A stretch of 63,927 nt of DNA, the filler included, from Squatina squatina (Eukaryota), in NCBI GenBank assembly GCA_031763465.1. It is 4 parts of 4 records of this genome, joined end to end, with 100 filler letters (N's around TTAATTAATTAA, not from the genome) between each part and the next. Parts side by side here need not be neighbours in the genome. Positions count along the whole stretch, not along the records: positions 1 to 21,617 come from JARFOE010000163.1; 3 more parts are not named here. One strand, given 5' to 3'. Shown one piece after another: positions 1 through 13,345 of this stretch. The translations under genes were made by a program, and so were the position numbers. The notes under the pieces were generated by a model. The model was given only the letters and a program-made list of their open reading frames with translations. It searched no databases and was not told the DNA's origin. The first letter of the stretch is position 1. Each line of letters opens with the position of its first letter.

Positions 1-929
1 GTTAGATGTGACAAAGTGCCAAATAAATGCGAGTCTTTCTTTTCACTTTTTAAAATCAGGTGCCTTTTATTAAACACTGAAGAACACAGTCCCACGGAAT
101 CAAATAAGAAAAAATTAGCTGTGAAAAAGAAAAATACCTGTTTCGTGGAAGTATACATGTTGGGCTCCTCTATGTTCTTTTGATCTGTATTAACGTACAT
201 GCGACAGACACCACATACTTCTGCAATATTTTGTATTTTATGCCTTCACGATGGCATATTTTTTCATGCTGTTCTTCTGCTCAGTGCACATTGCTGTTTC
301 CATAAATATCCTGTATGAAGAGTAAAATATGTTTCCAACAGTTCCAGGGATAAGGGTTAAAATAACTGTTGAGCTGGAGCTTTGAAAATAATCTGCCAAA
401 AATATTTATTTTCATGACCTAACAGATTGTATTCCTTTGGGGAATAAAGCTCTATTTAAGCCTGATTGATGTACATATCTTCGGTCCACTGGCCTAACAC
501 AATTACTCTCATAGTTACCCATGGTCTGACTGATTTGGCATTTATATCCTATATCATTTACTTAAGACTAGATTATTTCTTTCCCAAGGAAGCTTGTCAA
601 TTATTAGAGAGATCTATAAATTAACAGAATACTTTAGGCTAGGCTCATGAAAATGACATTCTGTTGCTGAGCTTCATATTTCGCAAGTGGATGATTTGTT
701 TGTGTGTTTGTGGACCATTGTGACCACTAAGCTGCTTCTGCAGTCATTTTGGAACAACGTACGAAGTCCTGGGTGTCTAATCCCCGATCCCACATCTTCA
801 GATTTGAGCTAGGTACCCAATTAAAATAAAGTTGTATTATTAAAAAGTTCTCCCTCACAATAGACAGTTTAAATTTTCATCACACAGTTCCGAAAATAGA
901 CACACCAACTGTGCATTTTAAGTGGCTTA

Positions 930-1240
930 TTCTCCCCTTTGGGTGGTGCCTCATACTAGGATACAGTTCATGAGCACTGGCTACCCTCTGGTATCCAGCT
1001 CATTCTTCAAGTGTTAGGCACTGAGGCCTAGACTTTCTGATTGGCATTATTCTAATGCTGGCTGTAACCCAATTATTTTAACCTGTTAAAATTATGTGGA
1101 TAGGAAAATCTATTGTATCAGCTGGCTAATCTACCATAGGGGCACCACAACTGTGCTGCCCTCACTTGACATCTACAAACACATGGGATTTTCAGCAGGA
1201 GATCAATGGCTAGTAATCATGAGTGGGAGCATTGGATGAA
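930..1240 (-). mobile_element. Degenerate copy of an unnamed tRNA-type SINE ('family B')
   Basis: Shares blocks with copies at 9350-9710, 42255-42590 and 43800-44110; boundaries approximate. Confidence 0.4.
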
Positions 1241-2088
1241 ANNNNNNNNNNNNNNNNNNNNNNNNNNNNNNNNNNNNNNNNNNNNNNNNNNNNNNNNNNN
1301 NNNNNNNNNNNNNNNNNNNNNNNNNNNNNNNNNNNNNNNNNGGGTTAATAATTGAATTCTGGGGGGAAAAAAGTGACTTCATTCCATTTTGTTAGGGAGA
1401 TATTAGCATCTGAGATCTGCCAAGCCGATTTGTCCATGATTGTGGAACAGTCTCAACCTGGACCTCTGTTTGCTATCTGCAGTAATTCACATGAACATCA
1501 CTTGGCTTCAGCAATCACAGGGGTCAAGTTTATGAGGCATTTACGCTTGGTGCAATTGCCTTCAACTGCAGCCTGTTGTTATGATACATAAAAAAAGAGG
1601 AAACTGCTCTGAAGCAACTTGTGGTTAAGTGGACCAACGGTAACCATTTTTTTGTTGAGGCACAGTGAAAGTGATGGAGTAATTGACTGCTGAACATCCC
1701 CTTACCGTCCCAGCCCCCAGCATACCATTAGGCATAGGATGACAAAGGGAAGTCCACAAGTCACATGATTAAGCACATCCGTCCACAGAATGGCCTGTTC
1801 GCTTTCATTCACAGTTATCCAGTCGCAGTCTTTACCAAAGTAGCACAATTTAGTCCGTCAGAATCATGTTTGTTGAAGAAACAAAGCCGTGAGACACATT
1901 AAAGCCTACTTATAACAATCTATTTATGAAAACATTTTCAAGTTCCATTTTCCCCACAGTGAGCCTGCAGAATAAGGTTCTGATACCACTTCAGATGTCG
2001 ATGTCTTCATGAGCAGACTCCCACTCACAAGAAGAATCTTTTTCAGAGAATAGAATGATCTTTTTGCAGTAATTCACTGATCACCACA

Positions 2089-2200
2089 ATGATGCCAGGT
2101 CAATTTTTAATTTTTAATCTGAGATTGATGGATTTTTGTTCACCAAAGGTATAAAGGGATATGGGCAAAGATGGGTATATGGATACAAAAGCGAAATACT
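2089..2200 (+). mobile_element. CR1 LINE 3' fragment
   Basis: aatctgagattgatggatttttgtt...ggtataaagggatatggg resembles the reverse complement of copies at 27500-27669 and 53745-53980. Confidence 0.55.
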
Positions 2201-3300
2201 GCGGATNNNNNNNNNNNNNNNNNNNNNNNNNNNNNNNNNNNNNNNNNNNNNNNNNNNNNNNNNNNNNNNNNNNNNNNNNNNNNNNNNNNNNNNNNNNNNN
2301 NNNNNNTATGATAAATAATTGTAACATTGCTTTGTGGTCCTCCAATGCATTGTATTTAAAATCCTTGATCTTGTTTTCAAATCATTCCATGACCTCGCCT
2401 TATCCTATCTCTGCAAACTTACTCAGCCTTCTATTCTCCGGCACTCTTCAGTCTTCTAACTCTGGAGTTTTGTGGATTTTGCATTCCCTTTGTCGAATGT
2501 TAGTCACTGATCATTTAGCCATTTTTGGTCCTACTTTTTGAAACTCTCTCCCAAAACCTCATCCTTTCCACTTTTCCCTTTCCCTTTAATGACCTTCTCA
2601 AAATCCATCTTTTCAACCGAGCTTTTGGTCATCTCTCCTAACTCTTCCATCCTGACCCGATATCTCTTCCTTTATCTATTTTATGTTCCCTTCCTCCCCT
2701 GTAAAGCACATTTGGATGTTTTCTATGATAAAGGCATTCCATAAATGCAGGTGGTTACTCTTATTGCAGACAGGACAGGACAGGAGAAAAAGCCTGGGAT
2801 CGTTCGGCTCAGCATGTTGGTAGTATATGNNNNNNNNNNTTCTACACATCTGGCTGTAAACAACAGTGATTTAAACTTTGAAACGACAAATATTTAGTTG
2901 ATTAAAAATGTTATAGTCTGTTCTGCTAGGCTTCCAAGACTAGTGAAAGGTTCCGTATGAATACTGCCTGAAATTCGACTAGACAAACAGACCCCAGGAG
3001 GGATTTTGGAATTTAAGGGGTTAAATTAGACCAACCTGGCCCTAAAGGCATTACCATTCTCTTTCTCACATGAAGGCACCACATCACATGACTGCCTTTA
3101 AACCCTGATAACTCCAAGTAAGCAGATTAAAACTGTCACATGGTCCATTCCCTCAGGCATGAGATATTTCTTCTAAACAGGATTGAATGTCCCACTTCTT
3201 NNNNNNNNNNNNNNNNNNNNNNNNNNNNNNNNNNNNNNNNNNNNNNNNNNNNNNNNNNNNNNNNNNNNNNNNNNNNNNNNNNNNNNNNNNNNNNNNNNNN

Positions 3301-3409
3301 GGGGAAAGAGCAGGGGAGTGAGACTCATGGGATAGCTTTTTCAAAGAGCCGATGGGCTGAATGGGCTGAATGGCCTCCTTCTGTGCTGTATGATTCTATA
3401 ATTCTATGA
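3301..3409 (+). mobile_element. CR1 LINE 3' terminus
   Basis: gaatggcctccttctgtgctgtatgattctataattctatg: CR1-type hairpin region plus ATTCTRTG-like tail. Confidence 0.7.
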
Positions 3410-4290
3410 ATTGGATGATTCGCAATTTGCCCGCCTCCACCACACAGGACCAGCAGAGATATGGGTGCACACACACCATGACACAGACAGTAATTGCAGG
3501 CGTACTTCCCTGCTCCTCCTTCCTGCTCTCATGCAAAGAGATGAACAAGGTTGCACTTTTCATTAGATCACTTTGCTCATGAGATCGACAGGAGCCCAGA
3601 CACGTAAGCATTGAACCACAATAAGAACTAGACATAAGCTATTAAACCACCAGTGGAACAATTCTTTTGTTGTAAAATTTATTTATCTTTGCAGTAACAC
3701 ATAGCCACTGACACCCCGCAAACAAAGGCGCGGTAATTCAAGCACACAGCACTAATTCTGCAGAGGAGCACTTTGTCTACCTGTGCATGTATCAACCTTA
3801 TACCTGCTTGATTTTTTAAAAAGGGTCAGGCACATCCAAACCTAACCTGGTCTGAACTGCGCCAAATTCAGAACTTTACGAATAAATTCACTTTGGACCT
3901 GTTCGGATCTGTTTGCTTATTCCTAGTGTTCCCTAACAGCAATGCCTCATCTCTGTGTTAAACCTTTTCAAGTCATGTTGGTGACTCTAATCTATAACAT
4001 ACCAGGATTTCAGTAATAAAAATATTTGTTGCAGGAATATTATCAATATATTATTGAAAACATACCATTCACTCTTTTTATATATTTATACGTATACTAT
4101 AAAGGACACCCACTGTGAGTGAGAGTAGTTTAACCGAGTGGCTCCAGTGATATAATGGAGTACATCGGCAGGATCCAAGGGCTGACTTACTAGTGTTACC
4201 TCACAACATAATCTTATCTTCCAAATCTCAATGTCAATGTTCTTCTTTGTGCTCACTTTTCTTTCAATTTTCTTTCCAATATATTTTTTT

Positions 4291-5210
4291 CTACATTACA
4301 ACAGTGACTGCACTTCAAAGAAACAGAACCTTCGGAAGAAACTAAAGAGTAGGGTCAACTTGATCCAGAAACTTGCTGGGTCCACATGGGGAGCAGACGC
4401 TCAAACCCTCCGTACGTCAGCACTCGCCCTGGTGTACTCTACTGCGGAGTACTGCTCTTCGGCATGGCGATCAAGTCCACATGTCAAATCCGTTGATGTT
4501 CAGCTGAATTCTACTATGAGAATTATCACCGGTACGCTTTTATTGACACCAACATCTTGGTTGCCCGTGCTTGCAAACACCGCACTACCAGGGCTATGCA
4601 GCGAATATACAGTCAACAGAGAATACAACTGCTGCACCAGCAAAGACATGCCAATCCAGGCCAACTTGAACAACCTACCACCAACCCGTTTCAAATCTAG
4701 AAGGCGATTTTGGACCATCGCTGAAGCCCTTCAGTGATTCCCCCTCAGCCTTAGTGACCGATGACAAAATGCTTGGAAGAACTGTGACATACAGAATGGA
4801 CTCCTTATAGAGGACCCCACAGTACAACCTGAAGGATCAAACCTTCCTCGCAAACAGTGGAAAACGATCAACTGCCTCAGAACCGGCCATGGTAGATACT
4901 GCCATCTTCTTCATAGATGGAAGATCAAAGCATCCCCATCATGCGACTGTGGAGCTCCTAATCAGACCCTGGAGCACATTATTGAGCACTGCCCCTAAAG
5001 GAAATCCATAGGCAGCCTACAAGATATCCGCGCTGTTACACCAGAAGCTTTGGCCTGGATATCCAACTTCGATATTGACATTTGATTTGCTTTGCTACTA
5101 CCGTACGAAAGAAGAAGAAGACTTCAAAGAAGTACTTCATTGGTTGTAAAGCACTTTGGGATGTCCTGAGGTTGTGATAGGCACTATAGAAATGCAAATC
5201 TTTCTTTCTT
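4291..5210 (+). mobile_element. DeuSINE (SacSINE1/AmnSINE1-like) 3' part, split by a nested LINE
   Basis: Joining 4291-4322 to 5132-5210 rebuilds the SINE 3' end seen intact at about 44340-44445. Confidence 0.8.
4323..5120 (+). mobile_element. 5'-truncated Vingi/Ingi-like non-LTR retrotransposon (post-RT region plus CCHC zinc knuckle)
   Basis: One frame KLAGSTWGADAQTLRTSALALVYSTAEYC...RTGHGR...CDCGAPNQTLEHIIEHCP to stop at 5083-5085; 3 in-frame stops (4735, 4762, 4996); (GAA)n tail; TSD acttcaaagaa at 4312-4322 and 5121-5131. Confidence 0.85.
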
Positions 5211-6154
5211 TATATAAGTTCTTCTTTACATTGAGCATGATACGATGAAGGTGAAAGACTATTGAATATGCCAGTGATGCGGGGCAGAAAGTTCAGCCTA
5301 TATGAGTTTATACTTTGTTATCTAGTTGCGCATTATCAGCTGTATAGGAAATGCTGAACATGCTTGATTTTGTTGGGCTAACCACAAACATAGTCTATCT
5401 TCATGACTTCCCTTCCTGTCACCTTTAACTTACAGCCACCTGTTATACTTTGTACTCAAATTATTTCTTTATTATCTAAGTGTGAAAATAAGGTTAACAA
5501 GTTTTGAATTCCAATATAAATCTCTTCCTGAGTTCACGTTGTCCAAGTCCGCATGAAACCATTGTGACTTTATCTCATCACACACTCTTCTGCTCCTTAC
5601 AGAAGGCTTCACGGTCTTTCAGGGTTTGTTTTGAAAGTGTCCTATTTCTTTTGCATGCTGTCATAATCCTCATCGAGCTGCCTCTCTCAGTGAGCTGCTG
5701 TTCAGTCTCTTCATTTCCAGGGACTGAGCCTTTTGAAATTGCAGCACCAACATAATGTTATCCCTGAACTTGCTACAGCCTCACATTCCCCATTGCTGGA
5801 TTAGCTATCAGCTGTGGCTCATTGTAAAACATTGATGAGTCCCCTTTTGTACTAGTGCTCACCCGATGAATTAAGAAGCAATCATTGACTGCAGCAATAA
5901 ATGCTTCATGTGGGGTCTCCAATCTCTTGTGCTTGTAACAAATTTTCCCCCACATGTGGCCACTTACCCTTTAACTTGTAGCAGCAATCCTTTAAGGGCT
6001 GCTGCTGACACCCACAATTTCCTGTGTCACCATCCTTCAGGCCNNNNNNNNNNNNNNNNNNNNNNNNNNNNNNNNNNNNNNNNNNNNNNNNNNNNNNNNN
6101 NNNNNNNNNNNNNNNNNNNNNNNNNNNNNNNNNNNNNNNNNNNATCGAGGGATC

Positions 6155-6240
6155 AAACATTGACCAGGACACCGGGGATAACTCCCCTGCTCTTCTTCGA
6201 AATAATGCTGTGGGATCTTTTATGTCCACCTGAGAGGCCC
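6155..6240 (-). mobile_element. DeuSINE fragment
   Basis: aactcccctgctcttcttcgaaataatgctgtgggatcttttatgtccacctgagagg matches the copy at about 59379-59437. Confidence 0.65.
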
Positions 6241-7173
6241 CTCGAGCCTGCTTTCTATTTTGTACTGCAATGTCTGGCATTGCACTTTGCCATACCCTGG
6301 TGAAAGATGTAAACATTACAAATAAATTTTACCTGCATTTTGTCATTCTTGTTCAATTAAAAATGACTATTCATAAGGTGCCAGTATCAGAATTCTCAAT
6401 GTACTGTGGTAGAGTATAGGTTTGCAGCAATGATTACTTAACACAGTGGGTTTCTGTTCTCAACTGGATCATCAAGAAAAGCATCAGAGGTTGAGCACTT
6501 CTCCACAAGGAGGGAAAATCGGATGAGTCACCCTTAACCACTGCCATGCCAACAGGCTAACTTCATTTGAGAATGACCTCCATTTTTTTACTAGCCTATT
6601 TGATCTCAAATAAAAGGGAAGACATTTGAATCAGACTGAAGAGGGAGACTTGAGCTTGTCCAGACCAGGACAAGTAGCAGGAGAAATGTAATTTCATAAA
6701 TAAGGAAGAACACTGAAAATAATTTTTAAATGAGAAAATAAAAAAAAAGGTAGAAAATAAAGCAAAAAATGGCTTATCTGTGGCTTCTTGTGATGATCTG
6801 ATTGGTCAGTAATGTCACACGGTCGGCATCCACCAATTATGTGCACTGATTGGACTGTAGTGTCACATGGTTAGTACAACCCAACCAGCAACATTAATTG
6901 CTCACTGCAGTTTTACAGGCATTCCGAAAAACACATTACAGACCCAAGATTTTTAATAATATTGGGAGAAGAGTTCCCTGTGTAACAAAAAGCTGCATAT
7001 GAATAATCGTCATGAATGTTAGATGGCGTGTAATGGAATACAGGTTAGCTAGCTCTGCTGTAATTGGCTGGAGNNNNNNNNNNNNNNNNNNNNNNNNNNN
7101 NNNNNNNNNNNNNNNNNNNNNNNNNNNNNNNNNNNNNNNNNNNNNNNNNNNNNNNNNNNNNNNNNNNNNNNNN

Positions 7174-7244
7174 ATGGCGGTGCAGGCTCGAAGGGCCTAA
7201 TGGCCTACTCCTGCACCTATTTTCTATGTTTCTATGTTTCTATG
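7174..7244 (+). mobile_element. CR1 LINE 3' terminus with (TTCTATGT)n tail
   Basis: Nearly identical to 37630-37692. Confidence 0.7.
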
Positions 7245-9349
7245 AAATCAGTGAGGGAAGCAGTTAGAAAGGGGCAGATCACCCACTTCTGTTTGCGATC
7301 GTGTGTGTGTGTATGCGCGCATGTCTCGGCTCAGCTGTAACCACAGTCAAATAGCCTGTCGAAAGTCAGTGTCGAAATTCACACAACTAATAATGGTCAG
7401 TTGGGCAAGCTATCAGGGGCCACTTTTGATCTGCGGAGCCATACCAAAAAAAAGTCAGCAGAGGGGGTTGGCAGAGGGAGAAAATTAGAAAGGAAACTTG
7501 CCAAAAGAAAAAGGGGCCGCACAAACAGATCTTCTAAATCACAGGCTGGAACAGCCCAGTGTCAGCTCAAAGAAATCGGTTAGCAAACAGTCAAATGTGA
7601 TGACATCATGCGGTGCACTGCTACTACTGAAATAGTACTGGAGAAAACAACACTATGGCTCAATTTTTCATTCCTAGTTTTATAAGAGCTGGTGTTAAGG
7701 GAAGAAAAGGTTGAAAAACACTGACACTCCTAGCAACAAGCTTCCTGTATTTCTGCTTTCTAAATAGGGTGCTGCTAGCCTTCATGTACTTTGCCAAGTA
7801 TACTCAGTGCTGTCTGTTGTCTTTGTAATACTGCAAGATGTAGACTCGGTTTTCTTCTGGTGTATAGGCTGAGACTTGAGAGAGAAAATTCCACCCACAA
7901 AATATACCATAAGGATGCCATCACTACTGGAAACAACATCTAGACTTTTCCAAGAATTGTGAAAATATGACTCGCGGGATGTCATGAGGCCGTTAAAAGA
8001 CATGTGTTCTCACTCAAGTGTACTGTCTGAAAACTGCAAACACTGCAAGCTTCAGGGTTTAACAAGAAAAACAGTTCTGGGCAATGCAGGAGGGTGAACA
8101 AGGGTCTGCTTCACTGGTTAACTAGTTTTGTTCTTTACATACACGTACACNNNNNNNNNNNNNNNNNNNNNNNNNNNNNNNNNNNNNNNNNNNNNNNNNN
8201 NNNNNNNNNNNNNNNNNNNNNNNNNNNNNNNNNNNNNNNNNNNNNNNNNNGCTGTGCATGTGGTTTACAATGTCGCCAGAGATCCATAGTGAAATGATAG
8301 AACAATAACTACTTTGTCAAAATTTGTTTTTAAATTTTCAGTTAAATACGTTTAATATAATGTTGCAATTAAGAATTTTTTTTGTTGTTGCAAACAATAA
8401 TTACTTCAAAATAGAGAACAATCCAGTGGCAAGGTTGCCAACAGCAGCCTTAAAGGGAAAAGGACATGTTGTGACTAAAAAGTACTTTAGCATGGCTGGT
8501 TAACATTTACATTCAATCCCTCTCTGTCTGGCTCCCATTTAACCACCTTTGATGATTGCACAGTTTAATTTTGCAAGTCTATTATCTATTGAACATTAAA
8601 AGGTGAAACACCCACTGCGCCACTCATGGGCACATTCTGGGAATGCATATAGCAAAACGGCTGCACAGTCTCAGCTTTCACCAAGGAGTGAGCCATTGGA
8701 ATTCTCACCCCCCTTATTTCTCCATCACCTGTTAACTACTAATTTAATGTAAAGATTTAGAGATGTGCAACAAGGATTATAAGTTAAAAATACATTTTAN
8801 NNNNNNNNNNNNNNNNNNNNNNNNNNNNNNNNNNNNNNNNNNNNNNNNNNNNNNNNNNNNNNNNNNNNNNNNNNNNNNNNNNNNNNNNNNNNNNNNNNNA
8901 TGTAAAGATTTAGAGATGTGCAACAAGGATTATAAGTTAAAAATACATTTTACCTTAGAACCAACATCCTGTTTAAATCATTTCTATCGTCCGATACTGG
9001 GCGCAACCACATTTATAACCGTAATGCTCATAATATGGGGGAGTTTCAAATATGGACACTTATGGGATACGAAGAGAACCATTAAAGCCAGACCCAAGAA
9101 ATTAATCTAGCACCCAACCCACCCAGTGATTGTAGTTACTTTAGCCTAGAAAGTAGTTTGTGATATTAGTCTCCAAAATGTTAATGTGTTTGTCTAATGA
9201 TTCTCTGTTTGCTACTTTAACCTGTTTAAAACAAACTGATTGATTAAATTGGCAGACTGAGGAATGTCCTGCTAATGCATTAAGTGCTTGTTTGCTAATA
9301 TCAGACACTTGTTTCTAGGCCGTACACACACATTAAATTTGGTGGTGAT

Positions 9350-9710
9350 TTTTTTTTCTGTTGTCCCAATTGTTCTCCTCTCCCTTCCTGTGGGTGTTGA
9401 GGATGCATGGAATACTGTTCCACCAGCACCAGCTGCCCTCTAGTATCTGAGCCAATTGACTATTCTTCATTTGCAAGCCTAGACAGTGAGCTTCATCAGG
9501 CTATTCAACTGCGAGGGGCATCACAAACTAACCTGATCCTGCCCTCACTCAAAAGTCCACACACTTGCACGTTCCAGCAAGTCATTGGATAATGACCAGA
9601 AGGAAATCTAGCTGATATTTCCCTTTGTTAACCCAAAGACCTTAAAAACCTTGACTACCACCTCAGCACAGACTGGGAATCAAACCTAGGACATTTCCTG
9701 GATTTTATAG
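9350..9710 (-). mobile_element. SINE family B copy
   Basis: Reversed B-box-like gggaatcaaacc near 9676; body shared with 42255-42590 and 43800-44110. Confidence 0.5.
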
Positions 9711-10469
9711 GGTTATTAAATACAGCTATGCTGGGTTCCATATAATTCTGGGTATGGGACCTTTCTTCTCCAATTTCTTAACAGTCCCAGATATTCAAGA
9801 GTAGTCAGTCTTACTATTTGCTGATATTTATATAAAATTAGTGGAATATCAGCTGTATTTAGTTGCTCCAGGTCTGAGTGTTTGCAGTTTGCTAAAATCA
9901 CAAAAAAAAGTTCATTCAACACAATGTGAAAAAGCAGTAGTGTGGATTTGAAACTGTGATTTACTGCACACCCTTACAGATAATCATTACGTTGATTATA
10001 TTTCAGTCATGTTTATCATTCTGGTGATCTCCCAGGATAATGTATTGGAAGTCATCTTGCTGGGCGCCAGTAATTATGAGATGGATTTTTGTTTCTGCCC
10101 CTCCAGTTTTCTCCTTTCCTTTCTTTTCCTCTCCTGAAAGCAGCCGACTCATGCTGGGTCACAGTTCCACATGCACTGGTTGCCCTCACCTCATCCAAGC
10201 GAGCAGTCATCACTTGTGGGCCTACAATGCAAGTGCTGACCTTGTTGGGAGGGGGAAAAGAGGACAGTTGGAAATCACAGCCAAGCCTGACTCTGTCTCA
10301 CCCAACACTCACACAATATCTAGCAGAAGTCACTGGATCGCACTCAGGAATGGAAGCCCTAGCGGCTTTNNNNNNNNNNNNNNNNNNNNNNNNNNNNNNN
10401 NNNNNNNNNNNNNNNNNNNNNNNNNNNNNNNNNNNNNNNNNNNNNNNNNNNNNNNNNNNNNNNNNNNNN

Positions 10470-10560
10470 TTGCCACCAAAGTGGATAACCTCATATTTAT
10501 CCACATTATACTGCATCTGCCATGCATTTGCCCACTCACTCAACCTATCCAAATCTCATT
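10470..10560 (-). mobile_element. CR1 ORF2 RT fragment
   Basis: DRLSEWANAWQMQYNVDKYEVIHFGG, typical of CR1 RT. Confidence 0.8.
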
Positions 10561-10655
10561 GTGGACTCATCGCCACCTTTTCAAGGGCAACTAGGGATGG
10601 GCAATAAATGCTGGCCTTGCCAGCGACCCCCACATCCCAGGAACGAATAAAAAAA
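10560..10655 (+). mobile_element. LINE/SINE 3' end
   Basis: gcaataaatgctggcc...ccacatcccag plus A tail, also present at 19790-19864. Confidence 0.55.
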
Positions 10656-11211
10656 GAATCTGCGTCTTAATTTGAATTAACCTTGGTTCAACCAGGCTAA
10701 AGCAGCTAATCTTCCTGAGCTATCTATTTTTGTCTTGTTGAAAAAGGCAAATGAATTTGCCAAAGAATTTGGAGCCAGCCTCCAGTTTCTAAATTGTGGA
10801 TTAGCCACTTCATCAAACCACCACACAATCCAGGTCAGGTCCACACGCAGGGAAGCAAGCAACATTCCCACATTAGCATCAACAATTGGATTTCAGGTAA
10901 ATTTCCTGTCATGTTGTTTTGTTGTAAGCCTGCAACTGTTGTTAATACTGATGATTTTTTTTTTTTACAAGCTGCACCTGAGCAGAATTGAGCTTCCATC
11001 AAAGAAAAAAAATGCACCGGGACAAAATATTATGTTCATAGTTTGCTCTTGATTTGGGGATTCCAAAACACTCCAGTGTTTTCACAGTATTGTTACTCAG
11101 CCTGTAATGTAAGGAGCACCTAGGCCACTCTAGCCAAAGCATGGCATTGGAAGGCAGAATAAGGCCTTGATAGTTAACATCTGTGGTATTCACACGAGGT
11201 CCCGGCACAAA

Positions 11212-11872
11212 CTCTGTTCTCTCGTCACCGATTCCATCCTCCTCCCTGGCCACTATCTGAGGCTGCTTGTAACTTTGAACTCCTATTTGATCCTGAGCTG
11301 ATCTTCTGACCCTACGTATTCTACACCACCAAGTTCGTCTACTTCTACCTCCGTACTGTCTCCTGCTTCGGTCCATCTGCTGCTAAAACCATCATCCAAG
11401 CTTTTGTTACATCCAGATTTGGTTATTTCAGTGTTCTCCTGGCCAATCTCCTGTCTTCCACCGTAAATTCATCCAAAACTCTGCTGTCCATATCCTAACT
11501 CAAACCAAGTCCCATTTACCCATCGCCACTGTGGTTGCTGACTTACATCGGTCCCCAATCCATCAACGCCTCGATTTTAATATTCTCATTCTTGTGTTCA
11601 AATCCCTCCATGTCCTCGTCCCCTCCCTGTCTCTAGCATCCACCAGCATTAATACCCCTCTCCAGACTCTTAATTCCTCTCTGTCTCTGGCCCCTAGTGC
11701 ATCCCCGCTTCCCTCTCTCCGCTTCCCTTCCTTCTTTAAGACCCACCTCATTGACCTAGCTTTTGGTCACCCTCCTAATATCTTCTACTTTGGCTTGATA
11801 TCCAACTCTGCCTTTGAGAAATGCATGGATTGTTTTTCTACGTTAAAGATGTTGTATAAATGCAAGTTGTTG
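11212..11872 (+). mobile_element. Degenerate L2 LINE 3' region
   Basis: L2-like residual peptides (IQNSAVHILT, IHQRLDFNILILVFKSLH) and tail ttctacgttaaag...tataaatgcaagttgttg. Confidence 0.7.
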
Positions 11873-11904
11873 GTGAATGAGCAATTCCTTTTGTCTAAAA
11901 CCAG

Positions 11905-12085
11905 GTACGGCAGAGCAGACCCGAAGCTGATGCGAGATTGTGATATGAGGGTGAGCCTTCAAATGGCATCAGTGCAGTATGTACACACCCAACGCTTCCA
12001 GGCCGAGGTGGTAGCGTTTATTCAGCACTTCACGCAGCTACAGGATGTACTGGGGCGACAGAGAGCAGCCATAGAGGGACAGGCG
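11905..12085 (+). CDS. VPS13D: VPS13D, single internal exon
   Basis: ag|...|gtaag, 181 nt; YGRADPKLMRDCDMRVSLQMASVQYVHTQRFQAEVVAFIQHFTQLQDVLGRQRAAIEGQA matches recalled VPS13D sequence. Confidence 0.88.
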
Positions 12086-12194
12086 GTAAGATGTTTACCT
12101 TGCCAACTACTGTGTGTTAAGCAATAAGGGACCAAGAAATCTGGTGTGGTGTCCATTCCAGAATACTTTTTACTAACTCTGGCTGACTTTTCCT

Positions 12195-12345
12195 TTTCTA
12201 GTTTAGGGGCACTGAGGCCAGTTGTAGCACCCCAGCAGCTGTGTTGGTTGAGATCAGCTAACTTAGCATAGACCTGGAAGTTTCTCATCTGTATGGCTCA
12301 GTTTTACACTGTGCAGTACACTTACCCGCTGAACCAGCAAGGGAA
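12195..12345 (-). mobile_element. SINE family B 5' part
   Basis: ggcactgaggcc...gagatcagctaacttagcatagac shared with the 42480-42590 and 43985-44110 segments. Confidence 0.5.
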
Positions 12346-12905
12346 GTTTCTTAAGAAATGGATCTCCGCATCCATTTAATCTTGATTGCTCTGGACAGCT
12401 TACAATACAAAATGGAGGCCACAAGCAGCTACACTTAAACTTCAATGGATCTACCAAGTTGCTGCCAAACAGCTGAGGAACAGTTCAGTGCCCTAAGCAA
12501 TCTCAAAGCACCAGGTCTGTGCTGTGAAAGGCACCATTGGGTTGCAATTTGGTCAGATTCAGCTACTCCAGACGTTTGAAAATGCATCCCAACGAACACT
12601 GAAAAATCCTGACCTACTGGCTGCAGGAATGGCAGAAGTAATGCGCAAACACCAAGTTTAAGATTTTGGTACACTGAGCTGGCTACTAAACTCACTTTAC
12701 ATTCACAGCCTTAAACTAAACTACATTTATAAAATAAGTTTCAGCAAATGTTGATTTTTTTCTTACTTTCCACAGCTGTGTCTTTTTTCACTCTTAATTC
12801 AATCTNNNNNNNNNNNNNNNNNNNNNNNNNNNNNNNNNNNNNNNNNNNNNNNNNNNNNNNNNNNNNNNNNNNNNNNNNNNNNNNNNNNNNNNNNNNNNNN
12901 NNNNN

Positions 12906-13345
12906 CACCAATCTCTCTCTCCCTCCCTCACCCGAGGTGCAAGTCTGTTGTAACGTCTGTATCTCTTGCTTATTTTTCTGTCTGACTCTCTCCATCAATT
13001 TACATCTGTCTCTGCCCTTTGGAGGTCTGTCTGCCTGGCCTCTGCGTCTTATGATATCGTCTGCATTGATCTTCATCTCTGTCCTGTTGATTTCTCTCAC
13101 CTTTTTGCTTTTTCTCACCCATTACATTCTGTCTCTCCACCGATTTCTGTCCATTCTGGTGTGCACCCCATGCCATCTCTTGCTCTCTTTTTCACTGATA
13201 TTTATCTCTCTGCCTTGATGCCCCTGTGACCCACTTCTGTATGCTTTCCCAACATCTGTCTATTTGTCTTGATTTCCTACTCTGTCTCCTGATATCTCTC
13301 TGTCCTCCCTTTGTTCTACCCCACTTCTCCCAATGTGTCACTCTA
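12906..13345. repeat. CT-rich low-complexity tract
   Basis: Degenerate tctctc/tgtctc repeats. Confidence 0.6.

Noticed and set aside
1706-1850. Minus-strand open frame ending at a good donor (..LPFVILCLMVCWGLGR)
   Set aside because: No start codon or convincing acceptor, and no recognisable homology.
4231-4322. Hydrophobic signal-like N-terminus on the Vingi ORF
   Set aside because: It derives from T-rich flank and SINE sequence outside the TSD, not from the element.
11531-12127. 198-aa ORF as an L2-VPS13D fusion protein
   Set aside because: Chance read-through from a decayed L2 into the exon, which has its own canonical acceptor at 11903-11904.
12741-13229. Membrane-protein-like or Lys/Arg-rich ORFs
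   Set aside because: Products of a CT-rich low-complexity tract.
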